Positions 46,881 through 58,458 of a stretch of DNA of 64,000 nucleotides are shown here, piece after piece (position 1 is the stretch's first letter; every line of letters begins with the position of its first letter). Both the position numbers and the translations under genes were made by a program. The DNA is from an uncultured Chthonomonadaceae bacterium. Its GTDB lineage: Bacteria > Armatimonadota > Chthonomonadetes > Chthonomonadales > Chthonomonadaceae. Location of the stretch: NCBI GenBank assembly GCA_963835065.1, contig CAWIEK010000001.1:96001-160000 (forward strand), given 5' to 3'. The notes beneath the pieces were generated by a model. It was not told the DNA's origin. It saw only the letters and a program-made list of their open reading frames with translations, and searched no databases.

Positions 46881-49304
46881 ATGTCCGATATGCCCGAACC
46901 CGTACCCTTCCCGACCGAAGCCGACGCGCCGCCCGAAGCCGAGGATATTCCCTATTTGCCGGAGTATGCGCCTGCCGGGGAGAGCCAGGACGAATTTGTT
47001 TTGCGCCCGCCGCTTGCCCTTGCCGAGATTGAAGCGGAAACTCGCGCTGTTGATCCCAATCATCCCCTGCTGAAAAGCCTGAACCCCGTGCAGCGGCAGG
47101 CCGTGCTGCATGGAACCGGGCCGCTGCTGCTGTTTGCCGGAGCCGGGTCGGGCAAAACGCGCGTTTTGACGCACCGCGTCGCCTACCTCATTTCCGAGCG
47201 CAATGTTCTGCCGCGCCACATTCTGGCCGTGACGTTCACCAACAAGGCCGCGCAGGAGATGAAGGAGCGCATCAACAAACTCGTGGGCGACAATGTGGGC
47301 AAGCACCTGTGGGTAGGCACGTTTCATGCCCTGTGCGCCCGCTTATTGCGCGAGTTCGGCGAAAAGATCGGGCTGGACCGGGACTTTGTCGTGTACGACG
47401 ATGCCGACCAAATGACGCTCATCAAAGAGTGTATGCGGCAGTTGAACATTGACGAGAAGAAGTTCGCGCCCCGCGCCCTGCTGTCCCGCATCAGCGCGGC
47501 AAAGGAAAAACTGGTGCGCCCTGCCGATTGGCACAAGCACTTTTTAGGCTTCTTCGACGACATTGCGGGCAAAGTCTATCCCGTTTATCAGCAGAAACTC
47601 CGCGACAACAACGCGCTGGATTTCGACGACCTGCTCACGGAAGCCGTTCACTTGTTACAGGAACGCGCCGACGTGCTGGAACGCCTGCAAAACCGCTTTC
47701 GCTACATTCTCGTGGACGAGTATCAGGACGTAAACCACGTCCAGTACATGCTGCTGCATCATCTTGCCATTAAGTATCAAAATCTATGCGTAGTTGGCGA
47801 CGATGATCAAAGTGTGTACGGGTGGAGAGGCGCAGATGTTCGCTTGATTTTGCAGTTTGAGCATGACTATCCGAACGCGACCGTGATGAAGTTGGAGCAG
47901 AATTACCGCTCCACGCAGACGATTTTGGAAGCCGCGTATGGCGTCGTGCGCCACAACAAAGGCCGCAAGGACAAAAAACTGTGGACGGAAAACGAAGAGG
48001 GCGTTCCGCTCCACATGCACGAGGCCGCCAACGAGCAGGAAGAAGCCGCGTGGATCGCGCAAAAGGTGCGGCAGGCCGTCAAGGAAGGCGGGCAAAAGTG
48101 GAGCAATTACGCCGTTCTGTACCGGACGAACGCGCAGTCGCGCATCATGGAAGATATGTTCCGCAACTGGTACATTCCCTACAAAATCGTGGGCGGCGTC
48201 CGGTTCTACGAGCGCAAGGAAATCAAGGACATTCTCGCGTACCTGCGTATCCTGTCAAACCCGGTAGACAGCATCAGCCTGCGGCGTATTATCAACGTTC
48301 CGGCGCGGGGCATCGGCCAAAGCACCTTTACGGCCATTGAAGAAGACATGCTGCTGTCGGGGCGCAATCTGTGGGACACCATTCAGCACATCGGCAACGT
48401 CAGCACGGTCAGCAGCCGGGCGCGGACGAAACTGGCCGAGTTCGCCTCCTTAATCGTATCGCTCCGACAGGAGCGCGAACATTCGACAGTTTCAGAACTG
48501 GTACAAAAGGTGCTGGACAGAACGGGCTATCAGCGGGCATTGGAAGAGGAAAACACGCTGGAAGCGCAGTCCCGCCTGGAAAACATCGGGGAACTGGTGA
48601 CGGCGGTTCGGCAGTTCGAATCCGAAACCGAAAGTCCGAGTTTGCAGGCGTTTTTGGAGCAGGTGTCGCTCGTATCGGATATTGACAGCCTTGACGCCAA
48701 CGCGGAAGCCGTGACGCTGATGACGCTTCACGCCGCCAAGGGGCTGGAATTCCCGACGGTGTTTCTGGTCGGCATGGAGGAGTGCGTATTTCCCCACGCC
48801 CGCTCGATGGAGTCGGACAAGGAATTGGAGGAGGAGCGGCGCTTGTGCTATGTGGGCATTACGCGCGCAAAGCGCGAAGTGGTGTTCAGCTTCGCCAGCC
48901 GCCGCACCACATATGGCAACATCGCCTTCAACCCGCCGTCGCGCTTTCTCAAAGAGATACCGTCCGAACTGTTCAAAGCCAACCGCAACCAGCGCGGCCC
49001 AACGGTTTCCTCTTTCGATCCTGATGAGGATGAAGAAGGGAACAGGGACAGGGACAGGGAACAGGGAATCAGGCCGAAACAGAAACTCTGGGATCAAGGA
49101 CTTATTTCGCCGCGCGAGGAGAAGCAGCGGGCGGAAGCCGCCGGGTACAAAGTCGGGCAGAAGGTGAAACACGCCACGTTCGGCACGGGCGTAATTCTCA
49201 AGGTCGCGGGCGAGGACGCGAACACGCAATTGGAAGTGGCGTTTCCGAACGTTGGCGTCAAAAAACTGCTGCTGGCGTATGCCAAACTGGAGCGCGTGAA
49301 GTAA
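46881..49304 (+). CDS. pcrA: ATP-dependent DNA helicase PcrA/UvrD
   Basis: AGAGSGKT, VDEYQD, GDDDQS, LEQNYRS, HAAKGLEF and EERRLCYVGITRA motifs. C-terminal Tudor-like domain. Confidence 0.96.
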   Translation: MSDMPEPVPFPTEADAPPEAEDIPYLPEYAPAGESQDEFVLRPPLALAEIEAETRAVDPNHPLLKSLNPVQRQAVLHGTGPLLLFAGAGSGKTRVLTHRVAYLISERNVLPRHILAVTFTNKAAQEMKERINKLVGDNVGKHLWVGTFHALCARLLREFGEKIGLDRDFVVYDDADQMTLIKECMRQLNIDEKKFAPRALLSRISAAKEKLVRPADWHKHFLGFFDDIAGKVYPVYQQKLRDNNALDFDDLLTEAVHLLQERADVLERLQNRFRYILVDEYQDVNHVQYMLLHHLAIKYQNLCVVGDDDQSVYGWRGADVRLILQFEHDYPNATVMKLEQNYRSTQTILEAAYGVVRHNKGRKDKKLWTENEEGVPLHMHEAANEQEEAAWIAQKVRQAVKEGGQKWSNYAVLYRTNAQSRIMEDMFRNWYIPYKIVGGVRFYERKEIKDILAYLRILSNPVDSISLRRIINVPARGIGQSTFTAIEEDMLLSGRNLWDTIQHIGNVSTVSSRARTKLAEFASLIVSLRQEREHSTVSELVQKVLDRTGYQRALEEENTLEAQSRLENIGELVTAVRQFESETESPSLQAFLEQVSLVSDIDSLDANAEAVTLMTLHAAKGLEFPTVFLVGMEECVFPHARSMESDKELEEERRLCYVGITRAKREVVFSFASRRTTYGNIAFNPPSRFLKEIPSELFKANRNQRGPTVSSFDPDEDEEGNRDRDREQGIRPKQKLWDQGLISPREEKQRAEAAGYKVGQKVKHATFGTGVILKVAGEDANTQLEVAFPNVGVKKLLLAYAKLERVK

Positions 49305-49325
49305 CAGGCGCAGAGGAGAACTACC

Positions 49326-50162
49326 ATGACAATCGCAGTTCCACAACCCAAAACGGATAAAACCCGCAAGCCCCGCGAGATTGATTATCCCGTTCGAGAT
49401 AACAACCCTATGGCTGAAACCGACAAACACGCCGATCTGATGGTGTACACGAAAACCGCGCTGCAAGTGCGTTATGCCGATCAACCGGACGTCTATGTGT
49501 CCGGCAACAACTTCCTCTATTATGAGGAGGGCGCTCCCAAAAAGTGCGTATCCCCGGATTGCTATGTGGTCTTTGGAGTTCCCAACTACAAGCGCGACTC
49601 GTACATGAGTTGGCGAGAGAGCGGAAAGCTGCCGAGCGTGGTATTCGAGTTCACCTCCGCAAAGACAAGCAGTGATGATATCAACGTGAAACGCCCCCTC
49701 TATGAAACCGTTCTGCGGGTGAATGAGTATTTTTTGTTCGACCCGACCGGGGATTATCTGGAACCCCGGCTGCAGGGCTGGCGGCTGATTGACGGACGCT
49801 ATCAGCCGATCCCTCTGGAAAACGGACGCATGCACAGCGAACAATTGGGGCTTGACCTGGTGCAGCAGGGCGAAACCATGCGCCTGTTCGATCCTCAGCG
49901 CGGCGAATTTTTGCTGGATTTGCTGGAAGCAACGCAGCGCGCCACAATGGAAGCGCAGCGCGCTGATTTGGAAGCGTACAAAGCGGAACTGGCGGCACGG
50001 AAGGCAGAAGCAGAAGCGCAACGCGCCAATGAAGAAGCGCAACGCGCCGAAGCGGAAAAGCAACGGGCAGAGGCGCAGGCGCAGGCGCGAGCCGAAACAG
50101 AAGCCGAAAATGCGCGTTTGCGCGCGGAATTGGCCGCGCTGCGCGGCACGAACCAGACTTAG
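49326..50162 (+). CDS. Uma2-family endonuclease with a coiled-coil tail
   Basis: PMAET, SPDCYVVFG, VFEFTS and EYFLFDP motifs. EAQRA repeats. Confidence 0.88.
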   Translation: MTIAVPQPKTDKTRKPREIDYPVRDNNPMAETDKHADLMVYTKTALQVRYADQPDVYVSGNNFLYYEEGAPKKCVSPDCYVVFGVPNYKRDSYMSWRESGKLPSVVFEFTSAKTSSDDINVKRPLYETVLRVNEYFLFDPTGDYLEPRLQGWRLIDGRYQPIPLENGRMHSEQLGLDLVQQGETMRLFDPQRGEFLLDLLEATQRATMEAQRADLEAYKAELAARKAEAEAQRANEEAQRAEAEKQRAEAQAQARAETEAENARLRAELAALRGTNQT

Positions 50163-50174
50163 ACGGGAGTAACC

Positions 50175-51381
50175 GTGAGCAATCAAAAAGTGATTCGCGC
50201 GCTGAAAACAGCCTGGGAACGCGAAGTGGAAGCGGCGCAGTTGTACCGCCTGCTTAGTGAACAGCAGGAGGACGCGCACCGGCGCGACATTTTTCTCAGA
50301 CTGGCGCAATCCGAGGAACAACATGCCCGCGAGTTTGGCAGCCGAATTGAAGCGCTGGGCGGTACATTGCCATCCGCCAATACAAACCCGACTGCGGCGC
50401 AGCGCCTGATGGCGCGCTCATTGGGCACGGACGCTATGCTGCGCCGCATCGAAGCCGAAGAAGATCGCAACGTCGCGCAATTTGACCGCTTTGCGCAGGC
50501 GCTGGCCGAAGATCAAATCTCGCATGAGCTGTTTACGCGCATCGAAGATGAGGAAAAACAACATGCCGGCCTGCTGCACACGCTGAAAACGCCCGACGAA
50601 CCCAAAGGCCGATCTGGAAGCCATGTTAAAAGGGGAAAAGTGGCACGGTTCTACCGGCAGTTGGATTGGGGATGCCATTTATGGCCTGAATGACGGGTTG
50701 GGGGCTGTATTCGGCGTGGTCAGCGGCATGGCGGGCGCAACCGCCACGCACCTCAACACCGCCGCCACCAACGCGAGCGCCGCCACTGCTGCCACTTCTG
50801 ACCCCCTGCAAAGCGGCAAAGTGGTGCTGACGGCAGGACTTATCGCAATGCTGGCGTCGGCGCTTTCGATGGGCGCAAGCGCGTTCATGGCAAGCAAATC
50901 GGAGCGGGAAGTGTACGAGGCGGAGATTGCGCGGGAAAAGCTGGAAATCGAGCAATCGCCCGAACACGAAAAAGAAGAACTGCAATTGCTGTTTCAACTG
51001 AAAGGCTTATCGGAGTCGGAAGCGCAGCTAATGGCGGACCGCATCGCCGCCAACCCTGACCAATTCTTGAAAACAATGGCGCAGGAAGAGCTTGGCCTGA
51101 GCCAACGGCATTTTCCCAACCCGCTCACGGGCGCGTTTTCCGCCGCGCTGTCAACGGGTATCGGTGGCTCACTGCCCATTATTCCGTTCTTTTTCACGCG
51201 CGGCCTGCCCGCCCTGCTTTGCTCCGCCGCCATCGGCCTGCTCGCCCATTTCGCGGTAGGCGCGGCCAAAAGCCTGGTCACGGCCCGCTCCTGGTGGGCC
51301 AGCGGGCTGGAAATGACTGCCATCGGCTTTCTGACCGGCGGCGTCACTTACGCGATAGGTGTCCTATTTCATATAGGGTAG
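50175..51381 (+). CDS. Rubrerythrin/ferritin-like plus VIT1/CCC1 iron exporter fusion, apparent frameshift near 50615
   Basis: ExxH pairs (EEQH, EKQH) in ORF 50175. DAIYGLNDGL and SMGAS VIT motifs in ORF 50623. Confidence 0.85.
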
Positions 51382-51420
51382 AAAAGAAGAAAAGGAGAAT
51401 TTCCTTTTCTTCTTTTCTCG
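51380..51420. terminator. Purine/pyrimidine hairpin between convergent genes
   Basis: AGAAAAGAAGAAAAGG...CCTTTTCTTCTTTTCT. Confidence 0.65.
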
Positions 51421-51426
51421 GTTTGG

Positions 51427-52935
51427 CTACAACTGTGTGCAGATCGCTTTTACTTCCGTGTACATTTCCAGCGCTTCGTGGCCCATTTCGCGGCCCCAGC
51501 CGGACTGTTTGTAGCCGCCGAAGGGCAGCGCGGCATCGAATATATTGAAGCAGTTGATCCAGACCGTGCCCGCTTTCAGTTGCGCGGCAAGCCGGTGCGC
51601 TTTGCTGATGTCGCGCGTCCAGATTCCTGCCGCCAGGCCGTAGATGGAATCGTTGGCGACGGGCATCACGTCCTCCACATTGGAAAACGGAATGGCCGTG
51701 ACGACGGGGCCGAAGATTTCTTCCTGCACCACCTTCATGTTCGGCGTGGTGTCCACCAGCACGGTTGGCTCGACAAAGTAGCCCCGGCTGCCGATGCGAT
51801 TGCCGCCCGTGACTGCCCGCGCGCCCTCGTTTCGCCCGGCTTCCAGATAGCCGCATACGCGGGTAAGCTGCTCATCCGACACCAATGGCCCCATTTGCGA
51901 GGATGGGTCAATTCCCGGCCCGACTTTGATGTTTTTGGCCGCCTCGGAGATGCCGCTGACCACATCGTCAAAGATGGATTTTTCCACGTACAGGCGCGAC
52001 CCGGCGCAGCACACCTGCCCCTGATTGAAGAAGATCGCGCTTGCCGCTCCGGGAATAGCCGTTTGCAAGTCGGCGTCGTTCAGTACGATATTGGGCGATT
52101 TGCCGCCTAATTCCAGCGACACTTTTTTGAGATTGCCTGCCGCGGCTTTCAAAATCAACTTGCCGACTTCCGTGGAGCCGGTAAACGCCACTTTGTCAAT
52201 GTCGGGATGAGCCGCAATCGCCGCGCCCGCCGTTTCGCCGAAGCCGGTTACGATGTTGACCACGCCGTCCGGGAAACCGACTTCGCAGATTAATTCTCCC
52301 AATCGCAGAGCGGTCAGGGGCGTTTGCTCGGCGGGCTTGAGGACAACCGTACATCCTGTTGCCAGCGCGGGGCCAAGTTTCCACGCTGCCATGAGCAGGG
52401 GGAAATTCCACGGGATGATCTGCCCGACCACGCCCACCGGTTCCCGCAGGGTATACGCCAGAAACTTCGCGCCGGGCATGTAGGGTACGGAGATGGGGAT
52501 GGTGTTGCCTTCGATCTTGGTCGCCCAGCCCGCCATGTAGCGGAACAAATCAATGGCAAGCGCAACGTCGGCAACGCGGGCAATTGTGATCGGCTTGCCG
52601 TTGTCCAGGGCTTCCAGGCGGGCGAACTCGTCGGCGTTGGCTTCCAGCAAATCCGCCAGCCGCCACAACAGTTTGCCACGCTCCGAAGCGGTCATATCGG
52701 GCCACGCGCCACTCTCGAACGCCCGCCGCGCCGCCCGTACCGCTCGTTCCACGTCCGCCCGGTCCCCTGCCGGGATTTGCGCCAGCGTTTCCCCTGTCGC
52801 GGGGTTCAGGGTGGCAAACGTTTCGCCCGACTCGGCTTCCACCCACCGCCCGTCAATCAGCATCTTCCGTGTGCCGTTCAGCCAGCCGTCCTGCTGCGCC
52901 GGTTTTCCCAATGTTCTTTCCATCGTTGCCGTCAT
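51427..52935 (-). CDS. Aldehyde dehydrogenase
   Basis: IIPWNFP, FTGSTEVG, LELGGKSP, GQVCCAG and EEIFGPV motifs. Confidence 0.95.
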   Translation of the reverse strand: MTATMERTLGKPAQQDGWLNGTRKMLIDGRWVEAESGETFATLNPATGETLAQIPAGDRADVERAVRAARRAFESGAWPDMTASERGKLLWRLADLLEANADEFARLEALDNGKPITIARVADVALAIDLFRYMAGWATKIEGNTIPISVPYMPGAKFLAYTLREPVGVVGQIIPWNFPLLMAAWKLGPALATGCTVVLKPAEQTPLTALRLGELICEVGFPDGVVNIVTGFGETAGAAIAAHPDIDKVAFTGSTEVGKLILKAAAGNLKKVSLELGGKSPNIVLNDADLQTAIPGAASAIFFNQGQVCCAGSRLYVEKSIFDDVVSGISEAAKNIKVGPGIDPSSQMGPLVSDEQLTRVCGYLEAGRNEGARAVTGGNRIGSRGYFVEPTVLVDTTPNMKVVQEEIFGPVVTAIPFSNVEDVMPVANDSIYGLAAGIWTRDISKAHRLAAQLKAGTVWINCFNIFDAALPFGGYKQSGWGREMGHEALEMYTEVKAICTQL

Positions 52936-53206
52936 GGTTCCGCTCCTTCGCGTACTGCTTGCTCGCCGTTGCTCTTGCGCTGTTCTGGGAAATGATAGTT
53001 TCCATCCAGCGTTGCGCCATTATACAGAAAACATGCAGGGGATGCAAGTATTGTTTTCCGGCGTACTGATAGCCCCGTCGTGAACGCCCCGTCTGATGGC
53101 AGGCATGAAGAAAATATCGCGTTCAACAGAACTTATTTGCCCTCAGAAAGGTTACATAAGCAGAAGCGCGATCAAGCGGTATTCTCGAATCTGAAGGAAA
53201 AACATC

Positions 53207-54025
53207 ATGAACGTGAAATCTCGTCTTTTCATAGGAAGTTTGTTCGCCTGTGTTTTAACCATTGTCGCGTTGCTGACCGTCCGGGCTATGTCGTTCGGCG
53301 GCGACAAAGCCAACAACGCCAAAAGCGGCACACCGGCCAACGGTGGAACGCCCGTTATCGTGGAACTGTTTACTTCGGAAGGCTGTTCCAGTTGCCCGTC
53401 TGCGGACAAAGTGATTGCGGATTTGAAGCGGACGCAGCCGATTAAAGGCGCGCGTATTCTCGTCCTGAGCGAGCATGTGGATTACTGGAACAACATCGGC
53501 TGGCGCGACCCGTTTTCCAATTCGGCGTTTACGTCCCGGCAGTACGAGTACGGGCGCAAGTTCCGGCTGGACAGCGTGTACACGCCGCAGGCAATCGTGG
53601 ACGGGCAGGCGGAAATGGTCGGCAGCGAGCGCGACAATCTGGAATCGGCGATTGCCAAATCCACGCGGGGCTACAAGGCCGAAGTCGCCGTAACGCCGGA
53701 GCCGAACGCCCCTGACAAGGTGCATGTCACGGTCACGCGCCCATCCATGAGCGACGCGGACGTGATGCTGGCAGTCACGGAAGACAATCTGACCAGCAAT
53801 GTGGCGCGGGGCGAGAATTCCGGGCGCAAACTGTCGCATGTCGGCGTGGTGCGCGAACTACGCAAGATCGGCAGCATTACGGGGAAGGAAACGTTCACAA
53901 CAACGGCGACTTTGGAACTGGAAAAAGGCTGGAAAAAGGCCGATCTGGAAGCGGTTGTGTTCGTGCAGGAGCGCGGCAGCAAACGGATTGTGGGCGCGAA
54001 TACGCTGAAGTTGGCGGCAGAGTAA
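53207..54025 (+). CDS. DUF1223 thioredoxin-like secreted protein
   Basis: VELFTSEGCSSCP, HVDYW, YTPQ and RGENSGR motifs. Confidence 0.88.
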   Translation: MNVKSRLFIGSLFACVLTIVALLTVRAMSFGGDKANNAKSGTPANGGTPVIVELFTSEGCSSCPSADKVIADLKRTQPIKGARILVLSEHVDYWNNIGWRDPFSNSAFTSRQYEYGRKFRLDSVYTPQAIVDGQAEMVGSERDNLESAIAKSTRGYKAEVAVTPEPNAPDKVHVTVTRPSMSDADVMLAVTEDNLTSNVARGENSGRKLSHVGVVRELRKIGSITGKETFTTTATLELEKGWKKADLEAVVFVQERGSKRIVGANTLKLAAE

Positions 54026-54357
54026 CGAGGAGAAAATCAGCCGCAAATACACGCGAATGGACGCAAATGGCAGGCAGGGATTTGACAGCAGCGAGGCGCG
54101 CGTTGTGCTTTGCCGGTTGATTTTTGATGGAAGCGTGAATTAAGGGAACATCCGGTCTGCGCGTCGCGTCACGCACATACCAATTCCAACTCGTGATGGT
54201 TCGGATAAGGGGAGCAAACGCATGACCGTATTGATACCCGTGATATTGGTGGCAATCGCCTACTTCGACAGCAAATCCTGGCTGTAAGCCAAAATTTGCG
54301 TTCATCATCTCTTCAGCAGTTCACACTGCTTTGACAACAAAGTCCTCCTGATGGGAC

Positions 54358-54396
54358 GAGCGCCCTCTTCATAGTTTAGCTATGAAGAGGGCGCTC
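54358..54396. terminator. Perfect 17-bp hairpin
   Basis: GAGCGCCCTCTTCATAG-tttag-CTATGAAGAGGGCGCTC followed by TTT. Confidence 0.7.
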
Positions 54397-54583
54397 TTTA
54401 TTCAGGGCGTAGGACCGGGGCGCAGCAGGGTTTACGGAGCCGTTTCGGGCGTGGCTTACGCGCTCCCACCACTGCCGCAACAACGTTCGCCTGAGAGTCT
54501 CCCAACAAATTTGGGATGGTGTCCGTAGGACACTTGCGCTTTCCTGCCAATCCTTTAATCCTGTAAATCATGGTTCAAGGCAA

Positions 54584-57392
54584 TTACGGCGTGGTGAACT
54601 CGTATTTGCCGCTGCCGACGGCATAGACGGCGTAACCCGGTTCGCGGCGCAGAAATTTAACGCCTTCCGCCTGCGCCGCGGGTTTGCCGCTCTCGTGACA
54701 TTCGGCGTTGTCGGCGGTTGGAACGTACACGGTTGCCGTTGTATTGGCGGGGATTTCGACGGACAGATGCAGGCGGTGGTTTACCATGCGCCAATCGCTT
54801 ATGATCTGGCCTGCGGCGGTTTGCAATTGCGCTTTGGCGCTTGTCAGGCCGCCAACAATATGCGGATGGATACGGATAGCTGTGAAACCGGGCGCATCCG
54901 GCTGAATTCCCGCCAGCGTTTCCACGAACCACGCGCTGATGTCGCCAAACATAATGTGGTTGCGCGAGTCGGTTCCGCCCCAGCTTTCCCACAGCGTCGT
55001 GCCGCCCTGCTCCAGCCACCAGCCCCAACCCGGCTTGTCCTTTTGCGCGGCGATGCGGTACGCCACATCCGCGCGCCCGCCGTCCGTGAGGGCATGAAAG
55101 ATGTACTTTGCGCCCAAAATACCGGTGTCAATGTGCCCGTTGCGCTTTTCCACCGCCGCCACGAGGGAACCCAAAACCCCTTCCTTATCCGGCGGTTCCA
55201 CCAATCCCTGATACAGCGCGCAGCTTAACGCCGTCTGGCTGCCGTTCGCAATTGTAGCCGTATCGGCGTGGTAGAAACGGGCGTTGAACGCGAATTTGAT
55301 TTGCGAGGCCAATTCTTTGAACTTCCACGCTTCCTCGCTTTTGCCCAACAGGGTTGCGATTTCGGCAACAATCACGGTATCCCGATAATAGTAGCCCGTC
55401 GAGGTCACTTCTACGGGCGTTTCCGTTTCGTAGGGAACCCAGTCGCCAAGCCCGATGGACACGCGGTAGTTCGGGGCCTTTGTAACCAGATAATAGAGGT
55501 ACTGCTTCATGCCCTCGTAATGCTGTTCCAGAATACGTTTGTCGCCTGAATACAGATAGCAGTACCAGGGAATCAGCACGAACGCGCTGTCCCACGCGGG
55601 GCCGTTGCCCCACTCGTACCCCCACCCACTGCTCGGCACAATGCCGGGCAGTTCACCCGTCGGACGCTGCTCGTCGTTGAGGTCGTTGGCCCATTTCGCA
55701 TACACGCCCCCACTGTCGAAAGCCAGCAGCCCGAACTCCGCCGCCAGGTGCGCGTCGCCCGTCCAGCCGTTTTTTTCGCGGTGCGGGCAGTCGGTCGGAA
55801 TGCTTTGCAGGTTGCTCAGGTACGACAGGCGCGTGGCCTGCCAGATGCGGTTGAGCAGGGGATTGGAGCAGGCAAAATCGGCGCGGGGCGCAACATCCGA
55901 ATGGAGGAACAGGCCGCGCAGGGTGTCCAGAGTCGGCTTGCCGGGAAAGCCGGTCATTTCCACGTACTGAAAGCCGTGATAGCAGAACTGCGCATGCCAG
56001 GTTTCCTCGCCTGCGCCCTTGCAGATGTACTCGTCCGTTTGAAAGCGCTGCGGCGGCTCGGCCTTGACTAAATGCTGCGCGAGGTGGGTTTGATCCAGCG
56101 TCCCGTCCGAGTGCAGACGCTCGCCGTAGCGCAGGGTGATTTTGGTTCCCGCCGGAGCGGACGCGCGCAGTTCCGCCCATCCCGCAAAATTCTGGCCCAT
56201 GTCGAACAGCCATACGCCGGGTTTCGGCTCAGTCACGTTGACAGGCTTGATAACGGTTTTCACGCGGATCGGCGGGCAGATTTGCGCTGTCAATTGCCCG
56301 CCGGGTGGAGAAACGATTTTTACCGGACTCCATCGGCTGTCATCGTAACCAGCCGTGTCCCAACCAGGCAGTTCCAGCCGCGCGTCATAACTCTGCCCGC
56401 CATAAATGCTGTCGTACACAATCGGGCCGGTCGTTGTTTTCCAGGTTTCGTCCGTGACAATGTTTTCGGTTGTGCCGTCCGCGTATTCGACGCGCAGTTC
56501 CAGCAAGGCTTTGGGCGCAGCCCGCCAGGGCGCGCGGTCAAAGTACCACACGGCGCGGGTATGCGCGTTCGCCCAACCCGTTCCCAGTGACAATGCCGAC
56601 CGCGTTCTGTCCGGTCTGCAATTGGCGCGTAACATCGTGAGTGACGTACAGGGCGCGGCGGTCATAGCGCGTATAGCCGGGATCAAGAACGTGGTCGCTG
56701 ACCTTCTGCCCGTTCAAATGCAGTTCGTAATAGCCCAGGCCGCAAATAAAGGCCGTTGCCCGTTTCACTTTGCCTTTCAAGGTGAACGCATGACGCAGGT
56801 ATGGCGCGGGCTGATACGCCGTTTCCGCCGCGCGCCCGATCCATTTGCCGTGCCAGTCGTCCGGCTGCAGCAGTCCCATTGTCCAGCGCGCGGCGGGGCT
56901 GTACGTGGAAACCTGATCACTGCCGTCCCATACGCGCACCTTCCACGCGGGGTGCATGGCCGATTGCAGCGGCTTGCCCGCATAGGGAACAAACCGGGTT
57001 TGTGTGGAAATTACCTTGCCGGTATCCCACAAATCGCCCCGGTTTTGCGCAAGGAGCGCCTCACTCGACGCAACCAGAATTTGATACGCGGTTTGTTTCT
57101 GCGCGCGCAGCCCGGATTCCAACTGCCAACTCAGGCGCGGCGCAAGCGTGTCCACGCCTTCAGCTTGATACTCCGTTGGAAGTTCATTGGAATACGCCTT
57201 AAAATGTCCGCTCCTATAGGAATTAGCCTGCTCAACGGAATGTTGCGTGGCTTGATATTCGCAGGCAAGTGCAACGGGTTTCAGGGCAGAGGTTTTCATA
57301 GCAGATGGTTTCACAGCCAATGTTTTCACGGCGGACGAGTTTACCGCAGCCAGTCCCGCCAACAGCAGGCAAAGCAGGGAGACAATCTTCAT
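54584..57392 (-). CDS. GH78 alpha-L-rhamnosidase-like glycosidase, apparent frameshift near 56575
   Basis: PRLSW, GLGYYEL, DMGQNFAG, PTDCPHREKNGWTGDA, TLWESW and SRNH motifs. Confidence 0.9.
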
Positions 57393-57446
57393 GCGCGGCG
57401 CTCCTTACAGGCACAAACATCAGAAATCACCGAAAATCAGGCCGTG

Positions 57447-58295
57447 CTACTTTAGCTCGAAGCCCTGCTCCTGAAGCCGTTCGCGCAGCACGTCGCGCCC
57501 GGTCAGCGATTGGGCGGTAGCGACGCGGCGGGCGGAGCGCTGCGTCCAATCGCCCGATGCGCTCATACCCTCTGATTCGTAAAATCGGCGCATCGTCTCC
57601 TCGTAACGCGCCACATCCTCGGCCTGACTATCCAGCGCATAAGTTTCGTGATGCAGGATTGCCGATTGCGGCAGGCGCGGCTTGACCGTTGCCGCTTTTT
57701 CCTCGGCGGGCCAGCCGACCGTCATGCCGAAGAGGGCAAATACGCGGGGCGGCAGTTGCAGCAGGCTTGCCAACTCACGGGGCTTGTTGCGCGCCGCGCC
57801 CACATAGCAAATACCCAAACCCTGCGCTTCGGCGGCAACCGCGATATTCTGCGCGGCAAGGGAAGCGTCAATACTCGCCATAACGAACATTTCCAGATAG
57901 TCCAATCCCGCGCCGGGCAATCCCGCCTGCTCGGAAACCAGCCTTAATCGCGCCAAATCCGCGCAGAAAACCAGAAACAGCGGGGCCTGCCGAATAAATT
58001 CCTGATCGCCGCATAACAATGCCGCTTCCGCTTTGTGCCCCGGTTCCTGCAAGGCGACCATGCTCCACGTTTGCAGGTTGGAAGACGTAGCCGCGCTTTG
58101 CCCCGCGGCGGCCAGCCGTTCCAGCGTACCCGGCGGCAGAAGTTTTGCCTGATACTGCCGCACGGACTTATGCGCCAGCAGGCCAACCAACACTGCGTCC
58201 GCGAACGCGGTTCCTGACTCGTCCCCAACATCCGGCGCGTCTGCCCCGTAACGCTGATGTAGACCTGCTTCCAAATTTGTATCGGCCTTGCCCAT
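57447..58295 (-). CDS. NADPH-dependent nitroreductase/flavin reductase (NfsA/Frp family)
   Basis: HKSVRQY, SAATSSNLQ, FCADL and VKPRLP motifs. Start position uncertain. Confidence 0.88.
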   Translation of the reverse strand: MGKADTNLEAGLHQRYGADAPDVGDESGTAFADAVLVGLLAHKSVRQYQAKLLPPGTLERLAAAGQSAATSSNLQTWSMVALQEPGHKAEAALLCGDQEFIRQAPLFLVFCADLARLRLVSEQAGLPGAGLDYLEMFVMASIDASLAAQNIAVAAEAQGLGICYVGAARNKPRELASLLQLPPRVFALFGMTVGWPAEEKAATVKPRLPQSAILHHETYALDSQAEDVARYEETMRRFYESEGMSASGDWTQRSARRVATAQSLTGRDVLRERLQEQGFELK

Positions 58296-58458
58296 TCCGT
58301 AATCCCTTTCCAGCCTTGGGCCGGTATATACCATCTGAAATTCTTTACCGATAGTTAGAACTACGGCCAATTGTCCTGTAAAAACGAGAGAGTGCCGTGT
58401 TTAAGTGGTTTGTCTATTACGGCAGTGTTTCCGCGCGTTTACAGGGGAACGTTTTTGG

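Noticed and set aside
54030..54350. ORF or mobile remnant between DUF1223 and GH78
   Set aside because: Translations gave no convincing family match.
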